From a virus (taxonomy: Duplodnaviria > Caudoviricetes), in IMG/VR virus record IMGVR_UViG_3300035208_003134, positions 1 through 64,000 of that record: a stretch of 64,000 nt of DNA; one strand, written 5' to 3'. Positions within the stretch are counted from its first letter, which is position 1; every line of letters starts with the position of its first letter. The translations under genes were made by a program, and so were the position numbers. The notes under the pieces are model-generated. The model searched no databases, was not told the origin of the DNA, and saw only the letters and a list, made by a program, of their open reading frames with translations. Positions 38,616-48,659 of the stretch are shown here, one piece after another.

Positions 38616-39488
38616 ATGGAGACACTGCCGGTTAGGTACAACTCAACAAGGACAACGATGTCGGCTTGTTGCCCTTTTTGCATAGACGCAGGCAAGACCA
38701 AGGATACCAAGTACCACTTATACATTGTCCCTGGCAAGTTCGTCTTCTGCTTCAGGTGTGATTACAAGATAAGCTATTCAAGGTTCATAGAGCGTTTCAG
38801 GATTGACTCTTCAGGTCTTAAGACCTCCGCAACTGTAGAAGCACCGGTCAAGCCCCCCGATACATTCCAAAATCTACTAAAGAAATATACTCAAGATTAC
38901 AATGACGGCATTTATTCCGAGGCCGCATTGAACTATCTACATAAAAGGAAAGTTACCGACAAGTTGATTAAAGACTTGAATATCAAGCTCGGTGTGGACA
39001 AGCTCTTTGGTAGGGTGGTGTTCATTGACGAGCTCAATAATTACTTCTTGGCGCGCTCTTTCCTGCCTTTCGTAGAACCCAAGACCTTGAACCCCGTGGG
39101 CTCTGCTTCATTGAGACCCTTTATGTATTTTAAGAAGAAGGACTACAATGCTTTGTACTTGGTTGAGGGGTGCTTTGACGCAATTCCTTACTTCAAGACC
39201 GGCAGGGATGTTGCGGTGCTATTGGGTAAGGATGTCTCACAGTACCAACTGAAGCAGCTCGCATCAGTCAAGGTTGACAATTTGATAATTTCTCTTGATG
39301 TGGATGCTTTTGACAGTGCTAAGAAGTTGGTCGCACAGATTGCGGCTAAGTTGCCATTGACTACCATTGGTATATTGATGTATGATGACCGGTCGGGCAA
39401 AGACCCATCAGATTATGATATTGAATTGTTTTTTAAGACTTCTATTCATTGGGTAAGGATTATGGGGGACTCTTATGAAGGACTATAA
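38616..39488 (+). CDS. DNA primase (zinc finger + TOPRIM)
   Basis: CPFC..CFRC, LVEGCFDA, LDVDA, KDPSD. Confidence 0.85.
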   Translation: METLPVRYNSTRTTMSACCPFCIDAGKTKDTKYHLYIVPGKFVFCFRCDYKISYSRFIERFRIDSSGLKTSATVEAPVKPPDTFQNLLKKYTQDYNDGIYSEAALNYLHKRKVTDKLIKDLNIKLGVDKLFGRVVFIDELNNYFLARSFLPFVEPKTLNPVGSASLRPFMYFKKKDYNALYLVEGCFDAIPYFKTGRDVAVLLGKDVSQYQLKQLASVKVDNLIISLDVDAFDSAKKLVAQIAAKLPLTTIGILMYDDRSGKDPSDYDIELFFKTSIHWVRIMGDSYEGL

Positions 39489-40740
39489 ACTTGAGCCCTA
39501 TCAAAAGGAAGCAGTCAAGTTTGCGTTGAACCGTCATAAGTCGGCGCTATTGCTTCCCACCGGTGCTGGCAAGACCATTTGCTCGCTCCTGTACCTTAAA
39601 GTCTTAGACAAGCCCGCGGTAATCATAGCTCCTGCCCCAATAATCAACAAGAGGGTTTGGCAGGAAGAAAATGCCAAGTTTGGGGTTGGCGTGGATATAA
39701 CAACCGATTGTAGGACATATGGCAAGGTCTTGCTTGTCTCTTACGATTGGGTGAAGAACAATGTTGAGGCATTGGCTGATTATCAGGTCATAGTCCTTGA
39801 CGAGGCTCACTGTATAGCCGACACCGAGACCGAGCGCTACAAGAACCTCTCCGAAGTAATTAAAGCCAAAGAAAGGGTGCTCCTGCTCGCAGGCTACCCT
39901 GTGGAGAACAAAATGAACGAGATTTATATGCTCTCGCTCATTACGGACGCCTTGGGCTCAAATTACTTTTCCTTCCTCTACCGGCACTTCACTGTAATCA
40001 AACACCACAACCACATAATCCGGACAATCCCTAAGAAGGGCTCGTTTGAGCAGATACTTGAGAAGATTAAGGATGTGGTCTATATAGTGGATAAGGAAAA
40101 GGTTGTACCCAAGAGCGTTAAGAAGGAGACCTTAATACTTAGGTACAAGCTTAGCGACTATCAGCGCGGTATGATTAATGCCCTGCAGGAGTTTGGCGAG
40201 TACCAAGACGAGAGGGTGCACATTGTGGTCAAGAACCAGCTGGCTGCTTACTCTAAGATTATGCAAATAGTGGATAACTTCGTGTATGTTCCGGACACCA
40301 CCAAGACCTCCAAGATTATTGACGAGGACGAAAAGATACCTGTGTTTCCGGTGTATTTTGACGACCCGAACCCCAAAGTTGAGGCTCTGCGCGGTGCATT
40401 GAAGGGCAAGAGCAATTACCTGTTGTGGTTTATGTTTGACACCGGCTATGAAATGTTATCAGATTTTAGTGGCAATGGCAGGCTCTGCAAAATGCAGACC
40501 GACAGCCGTGGCTTGAACTTGCAGGCTTACGATTTTGCCATTTGGTTTGATGTTCCGTTGAGCGGCGGAATGTTCTTGCAGGGCGTTGACCGGCTTCACC
40601 GTATGGGCAGGACTAAGGATGTCATTTCCGTGGTCTTGATACCCGAAGGGGAGTTTGGGACCAGGCTCTTACAGATGTTGGATGGCAAGCAAAAGCTTAC
40701 TAAGAAGTTTATTAAGGGATTGCTTAGCGTGAAAGTTTAG
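39475..40740 (+). CDS. SF2/SNF2-like helicase
   Basis: YQ, PTGAGKT, VLDEAH, GLNLQ, QGVDRLHRMG. Confidence 0.85.
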   Translation: MKDYKLEPYQKEAVKFALNRHKSALLLPTGAGKTICSLLYLKVLDKPAVIIAPAPIINKRVWQEENAKFGVGVDITTDCRTYGKVLLVSYDWVKNNVEALADYQVIVLDEAHCIADTETERYKNLSEVIKAKERVLLLAGYPVENKMNEIYMLSLITDALGSNYFSFLYRHFTVIKHHNHIIRTIPKKGSFEQILEKIKDVVYIVDKEKVVPKSVKKETLILRYKLSDYQRGMINALQEFGEYQDERVHIVVKNQLAAYSKIMQIVDNFVYVPDTTKTSKIIDEDEKIPVFPVYFDDPNPKVEALRGALKGKSNYLLWFMFDTGYEMLSDFSGNGRLCKMQTDSRGLNLQAYDFAIWFDVPLSGGMFLQGVDRLHRMGRTKDVISVVLIPEGEFGTRLLQMLDGKQKLTKKFIKGLLSVKV

Positions 40741-40741
40741 T

Positions 40742-40960
40742 ATGCCTGTTGTGTATAAGTATATGATATTTGAATTAGTTGAGAAGAAGCCTAAGACCAC
40801 GGTGTGGCGGATTATAAATAAGTGTTCTGGGTGTACAATAGGTACGATTAAATGGTATGGGCAGTGGAGACAGTATTGCTTCTTCCCTGCTCAAGATTGT
40901 GTGTTCAGTAGTGGCTGTCTTAGTGATATAATTGACTTTATGAAGGGATTGAGGATATGA
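40742..40960 (+). CDS. conserved phage hypothetical
   Basis: KT.VW..GTIKWY..WRQYCF..CL.DI pattern. Confidence 0.6.
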   Translation: MPVVYKYMIFELVEKKPKTTVWRIINKCSGCTIGTIKWYGQWRQYCFFPAQDCVFSSGCLSDIIDFMKGLRI

Positions 40961-41103
40961 AATCGGTAATCTGCTATGACGGTATGAGGTATGAAGTTGA
41001 GACAGAGACAGTCACGGAAAAGAATGAAAAGGGCGAAATAACTGCCTTCATTGAGAAAAGTGTTGTAACCGGCTCTTCCCCTATTAAGGATAACAAAAAA
41101 TAA

Positions 41104-42369
41104 ATGGCTTCTACGACCGACATCTATGAATTACAACTGCTTTCTGCAGTAGTTAAAGATACAGAAATATTTCAAAAGGTACTTGGGGTCGCCGACGCAA
41201 AGCTCTTCTCCTCTACGCTGTCAGCCGAAGTCTATGACCTAATTAGGGAGTTTTATCAAGAATACAACCGAGTACCAACCCACCCAGAACTGCTTCACCT
41301 TTACAAGCGCGACCGTAATGTCTCGGACGACCAAACAATCATTGGCTTTCTGAATGCTATCTACACCCAAACAGTTGACACTGTCTTTGTCCTAAACGAG
41401 CTCCGTAGGTATGTGAAGCTTAGACGCCTTGAGAATATCTTTATGGCTTCCTATGAGAAGGTTAAGGGCGGGTCGGATGTGGATGTTTCAGCCATAGTCA
41501 CGGACATCTTCAAGGTGCAAATGAGTGCTCTACAAGACCAGCATCTGTATGGGGTAGGCATTGACGAGTCAGAGCATATAATGAAATTGGGGGAGACCAG
41601 ACACCACATACCTACCAATATAGGGTTCTTGAACGAGACCTTGGGCGGTGGCTTAGCTGGCGGTCAACTTGGGGTAATCCTTGCACCCCCTAACTACGGC
41701 AAGACTATGACACTCCTAAATTTTGCCCTGTACTCTTGGATGAAGAGGCACAATGTCCTGTTCGTGACCCTTGAAATGCCGGAGTTCTCAATCTTGAAGC
41801 GCGTGATGTTCCTGTTGTCCGGAGCACTCAATATGCAGATTGATTACAATTCTATCGGGAAACTTGCCAAGGCTGTGGACAAGAAATTTCAGATTTTCTA
41901 CCGACCGGTCAAGTCAATCACGGTTGATTACCTGTACTCGGTAGTACATCAGGCCGCTGCGGATGGCATAAAGTTTGACCAAGTCTTCATTGACTACTCC
42001 GACCTCTTGGCTTCAACTAACAAGCAGAAGGAAAAGCGCTTTGAGTTGGCGGATATCTTTACCTCGTTGAAGGCTTTCGCGCAGGTCTTGGACATTCCGG
42101 TTTGGTCGGCAACCCAATCAAATAGGGAAGGACTGCGTGCCGAGACCGTGGATATGAGCCATATGAGCGAGAGCATTGACAAAGCCTTTATTTCCGATGT
42201 AGTACTGTCATTGTCCGACAAGATTGAAGCCGACCGAGTGAGCAAGTTCTTCCTTACTAAGCACCGCGAAGGCAAGAGCGATGTCTATATTGATATGTAT
42301 GTGAATTCCAAGATGTGGATAGCTGACGCTGACAAGGCTAACGATATCAGCATTGACAAAATAGGGTAA
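41104..42369 (+). CDS. replicative DnaB-like helicase
   Basis: APPNYGKT, TLEM, FIDYSD, SATQSNR, KHREG. Confidence 0.9.
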   Translation: MASTTDIYELQLLSAVVKDTEIFQKVLGVADAKLFSSTLSAEVYDLIREFYQEYNRVPTHPELLHLYKRDRNVSDDQTIIGFLNAIYTQTVDTVFVLNELRRYVKLRRLENIFMASYEKVKGGSDVDVSAIVTDIFKVQMSALQDQHLYGVGIDESEHIMKLGETRHHIPTNIGFLNETLGGGLAGGQLGVILAPPNYGKTMTLLNFALYSWMKRHNVLFVTLEMPEFSILKRVMFLLSGALNMQIDYNSIGKLAKAVDKKFQIFYRPVKSITVDYLYSVVHQAAADGIKFDQVFIDYSDLLASTNKQKEKRFELADIFTSLKAFAQVLDIPVWSATQSNREGLRAETVDMSHMSESIDKAFISDVVLSLSDKIEADRVSKFFLTKHREGKSDVYIDMYVNSKMWIADADKANDISIDKIG

Positions 42370-42388
42370 ATGTAATCCATTGAACTAC

Positions 42389-42417
42389 TTGCAAAGCTTG
42401 CAAATTTGTGGTATAAT
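42389..42417 (+). promoter_or_regulatory. sigma70-type promoter (GAACTAC class) ahead of DNA polymerase
   Basis: GAACTAC-TTGCAA-N17-TATAAT with TG extension. Confidence 0.7.
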
Positions 42418-42442
42418 AAAAGTTTTTAAGAGGTGAGCACAG

Positions 42443-44857
42443 ATGTCTTCCATAATTAAGATTGACGAATTTTGTAACCAAGCCGAGTGCAAAAATTGCG
42501 GATTGAACGGGACACCAAAAGTCTTGTCCTATATAGCCAATAATGAGGTAGTTGATATCTTGGTCTTGGGTCAAAGCCCTGGATGGCAAGAAGTTGAGAA
42601 GGGCAGACCTTTTATTGGTGACTCCGGAAGCCTAATTAACCCAATCCTAACGCAGTATTCCCCGAACATAGCCTATATCAATGTCCTGCTCTGCCGTCCT
42701 TTGGATGTTGTGGAGAAAAAGGACAGAGTGCCGACCTCTGAAGAAATCCGTTGCTGCAGGGACAGGTTTAGAGAGGATTTCTCTTTCATAGTTGACAACT
42801 ACCACCCCAAAATAGTTATGGTTCTTGGCGTACCGGCTAAGAAGGAATTCCAAAGGCTCGTCAAAATGCGGCCGGAGTACGGTCAATTGATTGTAATGAC
42901 CTTTGACCACCCTTCCTTTATTTTGAGAAATAGCCATATGAAGCCCAGATACATCACTCAACTGCACAATGCCCTGAAGTCTGTGTTCGGTGGGACTTCC
43001 AACGATACAATCAAAGACTTTGTTACCTATACTGATAATGTTAAAATGCAGTTCTTGGGTGATGTGATGAGCTCAAAGCGTATCGGAGTTGATATTGAGA
43101 CCAACTCGCTTGATATGTTCAGCCTGAATTTTATCATAGGCACGGTTGCGGTGAGCTGTGACAAAGCAACCTACTTCTTTGACGGCAGAGAAAAGGATAT
43201 AAGAGAGTTCGGAGTACTTCTTGATATCCTAAAGGACGGCAAAGTCCAAAAGGTCTTTGCCGACATACTGTTTGATGTCACGAGTTTCAAACAGTATGGT
43301 ATAGAGGTCGTCAACTACACCGACCTCTTTCCTTTAGCGTTTATCTACGATAACACTTACCTTGAGTACAGCCTTGAAGCCATCACAATGCGCTATATGC
43401 CGGAGCTTGCCGAATATAAAGCTAAGTTCCAATCTTCCATAGAGAGCAATCTTTACCTGAATGCCCAGACCGAAGAGCTACGCAATTACAACTGTATGGA
43501 TGCTTACTGCACGAGGGTTTTGTATAACGGCTTATACGATAAGCTACCGGCTAAGCCTAAGGCAATATTTGATAAGGTTACAGTCCGGCTCTTGCCGGTC
43601 TTGGTGGTTATGAAATGCTCCGGTATGAAGATAGACACGCAGCTCCTTGCTTCCTATCGTAAGACCTTTGAGGGCAGGTACAATGACTTGGCGAAGTTCT
43701 TCCTTGACAAGCACGGTATAACCAGCATTAACTCTGTGCCCCAAGTGAGCAAGTGGCTATTCCAAACTCTGAAGCTGAAGCCCATAAAGTTTAATGACCC
43801 TACGGCTGCTCAAAAAGCGAAAGGGCTAAAGAAGGGCAATCCAAGCACGGACAAGGAAGTCTTGGAAGCTTATGCGTCTCAAGTGCCGGATGTTAAGCTA
43901 CTCTATGAGGCACGCAGGGTGGCAAATATTTTGGCTTATTTCGTACCATCTATTGAGGACAGTTTGGACCAAGAAGATTTTGTTCATCCCAACTACAAGC
44001 ATTATGGGATACAATCATTTAGGCTTGCTTGCCTGCGCCCCAACTTGCAGGGTATTCCGAGGGATGAGACCGGTATTGAGGTCTTGGATAAGTACCCCTT
44101 GAGGCGCTTGTTCATCTCAAGGTCTCCGAGTTCGGTTATGGCTGAATTTGATTATTCACAGCAAGAAGTCCGGATTGTTGCCGAGCTTGCGCGGGATGTC
44201 AAAATGCTTGAGGCATTTGCTAAGGGCGAAGACATCCATACCTTCGTTGCTTCTCTGGTATTCAATAAGGCAATTAGCAGTATCACTAAGCAGGAGAGGC
44301 AGATTGCTAAGGGTTGCGTCTTCGGTGCGATATTTGGTGCGTCCGCGGGCGAAATGAGTGTCCGGCTCCGAATACCGGAGCAGAAGGCACAAGCTTATTT
44401 GGATAGGTTCTTTGATATTTTCTCAAGCATAGATAGCTTTATTAGGAGACAGCACGCGGCTCTGATTAAGGATAGCTGCATTTCAACCATTTTCGGGCGT
44501 CCGCGTAAGTTTATCCTACACAGGCACAATATGTCGGACAGTAAGCGTGAAGCTGGAAATCACGCAATCCAAGCAGTTGCGGCCGACATAACTTTCTCGT
44601 CGCTCATTCAAATCTGCGACCGGCTGACTAAGGAGGACCTCCTTAATAAAGGAGTGTATCTAATTCACTCGGTGCACGACTCAATACTGTTGGATATAGA
44701 AAAAGACAAGCTACAGCATATTGTGGATACGGTCTCTGGCATTATGTCTGGAGTGCCGAATATTTTAGGGTTCAAAGTCAAGTTTCCGGTTGACTGCAAG
44801 CTCGGTACTCGTTGGGGGCAGTCCGAGAAGCTTGAAGAAGTACTAAAGTGTAGTTAA
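42443..44857 (+). CDS. polA: family A DNA polymerase with N-terminal uracil-DNA glycosylase (family 4-like) domain
   Basis: UDG: GQSPG..PFIG.SG, CRP, HPS. Exonuclease: DIET, YNCMD. Polymerase: DYSQQEVR, RQIAK..FG, VHDS. Confidence 0.9.
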   Translation: MSSIIKIDEFCNQAECKNCGLNGTPKVLSYIANNEVVDILVLGQSPGWQEVEKGRPFIGDSGSLINPILTQYSPNIAYINVLLCRPLDVVEKKDRVPTSEEIRCCRDRFREDFSFIVDNYHPKIVMVLGVPAKKEFQRLVKMRPEYGQLIVMTFDHPSFILRNSHMKPRYITQLHNALKSVFGGTSNDTIKDFVTYTDNVKMQFLGDVMSSKRIGVDIETNSLDMFSLNFIIGTVAVSCDKATYFFDGREKDIREFGVLLDILKDGKVQKVFADILFDVTSFKQYGIEVVNYTDLFPLAFIYDNTYLEYSLEAITMRYMPELAEYKAKFQSSIESNLYLNAQTEELRNYNCMDAYCTRVLYNGLYDKLPAKPKAIFDKVTVRLLPVLVVMKCSGMKIDTQLLASYRKTFEGRYNDLAKFFLDKHGITSINSVPQVSKWLFQTLKLKPIKFNDPTAAQKAKGLKKGNPSTDKEVLEAYASQVPDVKLLYEARRVANILAYFVPSIEDSLDQEDFVHPNYKHYGIQSFRLACLRPNLQGIPRDETGIEVLDKYPLRRLFISRSPSSVMAEFDYSQQEVRIVAELARDVKMLEAFAKGEDIHTFVASLVFNKAISSITKQERQIAKGCVFGAIFGASAGEMSVRLRIPEQKAQAYLDRFFDIFSSIDSFIRRQHAALIKDSCISTIFGRPRKFILHRHNMSDSKREAGNHAIQAVAADITFSSLIQICDRLTKEDLLNKGVYLIHSVHDSILLDIEKDKLQHIVDTVSGIMSGVPNILGFKVKFPVDCKLGTRWGQSEKLEEVLKCS

Positions 44858-45228
44858 AGGTGATTAAACTTACTAAAAATTTTAGGAATGACATAGAGAA
44901 GGCAATGAGGATAAGGAAACGCCATATCCTCATTTGTGCGGAGAAGCGAGAGGTAGATTGGAAGAAGTTTGAGGATGAAGAAAAGTTTTGTCAAAAGGTA
45001 GCTAATAAAATGCTTAGATTGAAATGTAAAGAGGGTAATTAATGAGCAATCTTGAGTCGTTTTTAAGGGATATGTGCAAAGGCAAGTCGGTTGAATGGCT
45101 TGACGGGTTCGTGAAAGGAGCTTGGGCTTTTGCCCATTGGAAAGAGGGCGAGCAGTATGTTGGTACTACAGGGACTAAATATAAAGAGGTTGTTGAGATA
45201 GTTAAGAAAATAGCAAAAGGAGGATAAA

Positions 45229-46251
45229 GTGCAAGAGGGAAAATTGAATGTGCTACTTGACCTTGCGTTTGGCTCAAGTGGTAAAGGGAATGTTGCGGCG
45301 TACCTTGGGACTAAGAACAAGTTGGACTTAGCAATAGCTAACCATTCGCCCAATGCCGGACATTCGGTAATTTATAAAGGAGAGACCAAAGTAGTCAAGA
45401 TGTTGCCCACATCTGGCATTTTCTGCAAGGATGCCAATATCTTGCTCGGCTCCGGGACCGTCGTGAGCTTAGAAACTGTGCTGAAGGAGATTGCTGAATT
45501 TGATGTTGGCGGCCGGACTTTAATCTCTGCTACAGCACCGGTGGTTAATGAATATTGTAAGGAATATGAGAGGGAGAACTTGCAATATATAGCTTCTACC
45601 TTTCAGGGCACGGGCGCGGCTATCGGTCTCAAGGCTATGCGTTCACAGAAGATTAAGCTCGTTAAGGATTGTCCGGAGCTTGATAAATACAGCCACTTCC
45701 ATATAGGGGACATAATCCTAAATCGGATTGGTAAGCACGGCTATACTGGCTTATGCGAAGTCCCACAGGGTTATGGTCTGTCTGTAGATAGCGAGCTGTA
45801 TCCGTTCACTACGAGCCGTATTGTGAATGTAGGGCAGGCTCTCGCGTACCTTGACATACCGGCGAGTATTGTAGGAGATGTCATTGGCGTTACCCGAACT
45901 TATCCAATTAGGGTAGGCAATGTCCCTGCGGGTTACTCCGGAGACACCTTCTATGACTCAAAAGAGATTACTTGGGAGGAGCTTTCCCAGAAAATAGGCA
46001 AGAAGGTCTTGGAGATGACTTCAGTAACCAAGCGCGTCCGGAGAGTCTTTACCTTCAGCAAGTACCTATTTGAAATGGCGGTGCGAAGAAACGGCGTAAA
46101 TGTTCTGTTCCTGACTTTTGCCGATTACCTGTTGCCAGTGGAGCGTCAAGAGTTCATTGACTACCTGACATCGGACAAGTTTAGTTTCAAGGAAATTTAC
46201 TTCGTGTCCGGATTTTGGGAACACGACAAGAACATTGAGAAGATAAAATAA
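45229..46251 (+). CDS. purZ: adenylosuccinate synthetase paralog, PurZ/PurZ0-like
   Basis: DLAFGSSGKG (Ser at the PurA catalytic Asp position), NAGH, QGYGLS, YPFTTSR, SVTKRVRR, TFAD. Confidence 0.75.
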   Translation: MQEGKLNVLLDLAFGSSGKGNVAAYLGTKNKLDLAIANHSPNAGHSVIYKGETKVVKMLPTSGIFCKDANILLGSGTVVSLETVLKEIAEFDVGGRTLISATAPVVNEYCKEYERENLQYIASTFQGTGAAIGLKAMRSQKIKLVKDCPELDKYSHFHIGDIILNRIGKHGYTGLCEVPQGYGLSVDSELYPFTTSRIVNVGQALAYLDIPASIVGDVIGVTRTYPIRVGNVPAGYSGDTFYDSKEITWEELSQKIGKKVLEMTSVTKRVRRVFTFSKYLFEMAVRRNGVNVLFLTFADYLLPVERQEFIDYLTSDKFSFKEIYFVSGFWEHDKNIEKIK

Positions 46252-46269
46252 ACCGTCGGAGGAGTTTCA

Positions 46270-47982
46270 ATGAACCTATCATCCAGTGCCATTCAAGTCT
46301 TAGAAAAGCGTTACTTGACGCGCAATAATGCAGGTAATGTCATAGAAAGCCCCGAACAGATGTTTGAACGGGTAGCTCGTACAGTAGCCGGAGCCGAGCG
46401 CTACGAGTCAGCAGTTGAGTATGAAGAGAAGTTCTATAAGATAATGACGAATTTGGAATTCCTGCCGAATTCGCCTACACTAATAAATGCAGGCAAAGAA
46501 TTAGGGCAGCTATCCGCCTGTTTCGTGCTTCCAATAGACGACAGTATGGATAGCATTTTCACCACGCTAAGGGATGCGGCCTTGGTGCAGAAGTCCGGAG
46601 GTGGGTGTGGGTTTAGCTTCTCAAACATCCGACCCGTGGACGATAATGTCAAGAGTACCAACAAGTGTGCCGGTGGTCCATTAGCTTTCATCCGGATTTA
46701 CGACCGAGCTTTGGATGTTATCAGCCAAGGTGGGGTGAGGCACGGGGCGAATATGGGCTGCCTTAGGGTTGACCATCCGGACATTGAGGATTTTATTAAA
46801 TTAAAGGAAAAGTGTGGCGAAGTGCCTAACTTCAATATCTCGGTCGGGATAACGGACGACTTTATGGCGTCGGTACGCTCCAACCGCAAGCACCAACTTA
46901 TCAACCCCCGTACCGGTGCAGTGGTGAAAGAGGTTGACGCAGCTAAACTGTTTGATTTGATAGTTGAGCACGCTTGGCAGAACGGCGAGCCAGGAGTCCT
47001 GTTCCTTGACGAAATGAATAGGTGCAACGTAGTACCGCATATGGGTGTCATTGAGGCTACCAACCCCTGTGGAGAGCAGCCATTATTAGGGTATGAGTCC
47101 TGCAACCTTGGGAGCATAAACCTAAGCCGTTTTATAAAGGTAAAGGAGATTGACTTTGAGCGCCTTGAGTATGTGGTGAAGCTTGCAGTCCGTTTCCTTG
47201 ACAACATCATTGATATGAACAGATACCCCATAACGGCTATTGAGACCAAGACCAAATCCACGCGCAAGATTGGGTTGGGTGTAATGGGCTTTGCCGATAT
47301 GCTGATTAAGCTCGGCATAAACTACGACACCGAGGAAGCCGTCCAACTCGTACACAAGATTATGGGATTTATTCAAAAGAAGGCTATTGAGGCTTCCACC
47401 GAGCTCGCTGAAGTCCGTGGCGTGTTTCCGGCATACCGAGGAAGCGTGTGGCATATGGAGCGAGGCATTAGAATGAGGAATGCGGCCGTGACTACTGTCG
47501 CACCGACCGGAACGCTATCAATTATTGCCAACTGCTCGTCCGGAGTAGAGCCTTATTACAGTAAGACAATCAAGAAGCACATTGTCAACACTATCCTTGA
47601 GGAAGAGATTGAATTTGCCAAGGAAGACTGCTTTATCACGGCGCGAGACATAGCTCCGGAATGGCACATCAAGATACAGGCTGCCTTCCAAGCCCATACC
47701 GATAGTGCAGTTTCCAAGACGATTAACTTCGGCAATTCGGCGACCAGAGAAGAAATCAAGCGAGCTTATATGTTGGCTCATAAGTTAAAGTGTAAAGGCT
47801 TGACGGTCTATCGGGACGGTAGCCGTGATGTCCAAGTACTTTATGATGGCTCAAAGGATGAGCCTAAGAAAGTAGTACAGAAGAAGGATGTCTGCCCGTC
47901 GTGCGGTGCAGATGTGCAAATGAAGGAAGGCTGTGTGACCTGCTCGGCTAATTGCGGGTGGTCGGCTTGTAAGGTTGCATAA
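46270..47982 (+). CDS. nrdJ: class II (adenosylcobalamin-dependent) ribonucleotide reductase
   Basis: PNSPTL, LSACFV, TNPCGEQPL, CNLGSINL, APTGT, YRDGSR, C-terminal Cys ribbon. Confidence 0.9.
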   Translation: MNLSSSAIQVLEKRYLTRNNAGNVIESPEQMFERVARTVAGAERYESAVEYEEKFYKIMTNLEFLPNSPTLINAGKELGQLSACFVLPIDDSMDSIFTTLRDAALVQKSGGGCGFSFSNIRPVDDNVKSTNKCAGGPLAFIRIYDRALDVISQGGVRHGANMGCLRVDHPDIEDFIKLKEKCGEVPNFNISVGITDDFMASVRSNRKHQLINPRTGAVVKEVDAAKLFDLIVEHAWQNGEPGVLFLDEMNRCNVVPHMGVIEATNPCGEQPLLGYESCNLGSINLSRFIKVKEIDFERLEYVVKLAVRFLDNIIDMNRYPITAIETKTKSTRKIGLGVMGFADMLIKLGINYDTEEAVQLVHKIMGFIQKKAIEASTELAEVRGVFPAYRGSVWHMERGIRMRNAAVTTVAPTGTLSIIANCSSGVEPYYSKTIKKHIVNTILEEEIEFAKEDCFITARDIAPEWHIKIQAAFQAHTDSAVSKTINFGNSATREEIKRAYMLAHKLKCKGLTVYRDGSRDVQVLYDGSKDEPKKVVQKKDVCPSCGADVQMKEGCVTCSANCGWSACKVA

Positions 47983-48141
47983 TGAGAGAAGGAAGGAAAA
48001 AAGAAGCTGTTAAGGTGGTTTGCCCGAAGTGTTTGACCTTGCTTACCTTGACTAAGGTTACTGTGGACTCAATAGTCAAGCACATAGGTCAACATTGTGG
48101 GATTTCGTTTACATTATTGATGAGGGAAAAGGAGGATTACA

Positions 48142-48642
48142 ATGGATGATATTAAAAACAATGAAGCGTTGGATGCGGTACTGAATAAAATCAGTTTATC
48201 TTTTGGGTTGGAGTCGCTAAACTTGATATTTCCGGCAGATTTTATGGCAGAGCTCTCGCTGTACCGAGTATCTGCAATAGACAAGACTGATTTGGACAAC
48301 GAGCTTGTTTTTCAGTCTAAGATTTTTACGCTATTTAATGTCCTGCTTGCCTATGTTACTGATAAATACTCGCGGAGCGACGCAACTCTAAAGCAGGTTG
48401 AAGCCCGCCTCTCACTTCAACACGAGAAGACTTTGTTGGCTTCCGGCGAGAGGGTAAGCGATAAGAAGATTGAGAAGCTCGTGGACGCCGACCAAGAGTA
48501 TATTGACGCGGTCAACGACAGGCTTGATAAGAAGAATTTGGTGACTACATTCACTAATATAGTCACGGCGCTAAGCGGGAAGAATGACAACCTGCAGATG
48601 TTAGCTGCCAAGCGCAACAAGGAAATTGGGGCAAGGCAATAA
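48142..48642 (+). CDS. UvsY-like recombination mediator (helical)
   Basis: Helical pattern and position directly upstream of RecA/UvsX. Confidence 0.5.
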   Translation: MDDIKNNEALDAVLNKISLSFGLESLNLIFPADFMAELSLYRVSAIDKTDLDNELVFQSKIFTLFNVLLAYVTDKYSRSDATLKQVEARLSLQHEKTLLASGERVSDKKIEKLVDADQEYIDAVNDRLDKKNLVTTFTNIVTALSGKNDNLQMLAAKRNKEIGARQ

Positions 48643-48659
48643 ATTAGAGGAGGTTTAGC

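Noticed and set aside
45229-46251. Ordinary purA auxiliary gene
   Set aside because: The catalytic Asp of GDEGKG is replaced by Ser.
42443-47982. Inteins or introns in polymerase or RNR
   Set aside because: Lengths and motif spacing are compact; no splice-junction motifs seen.
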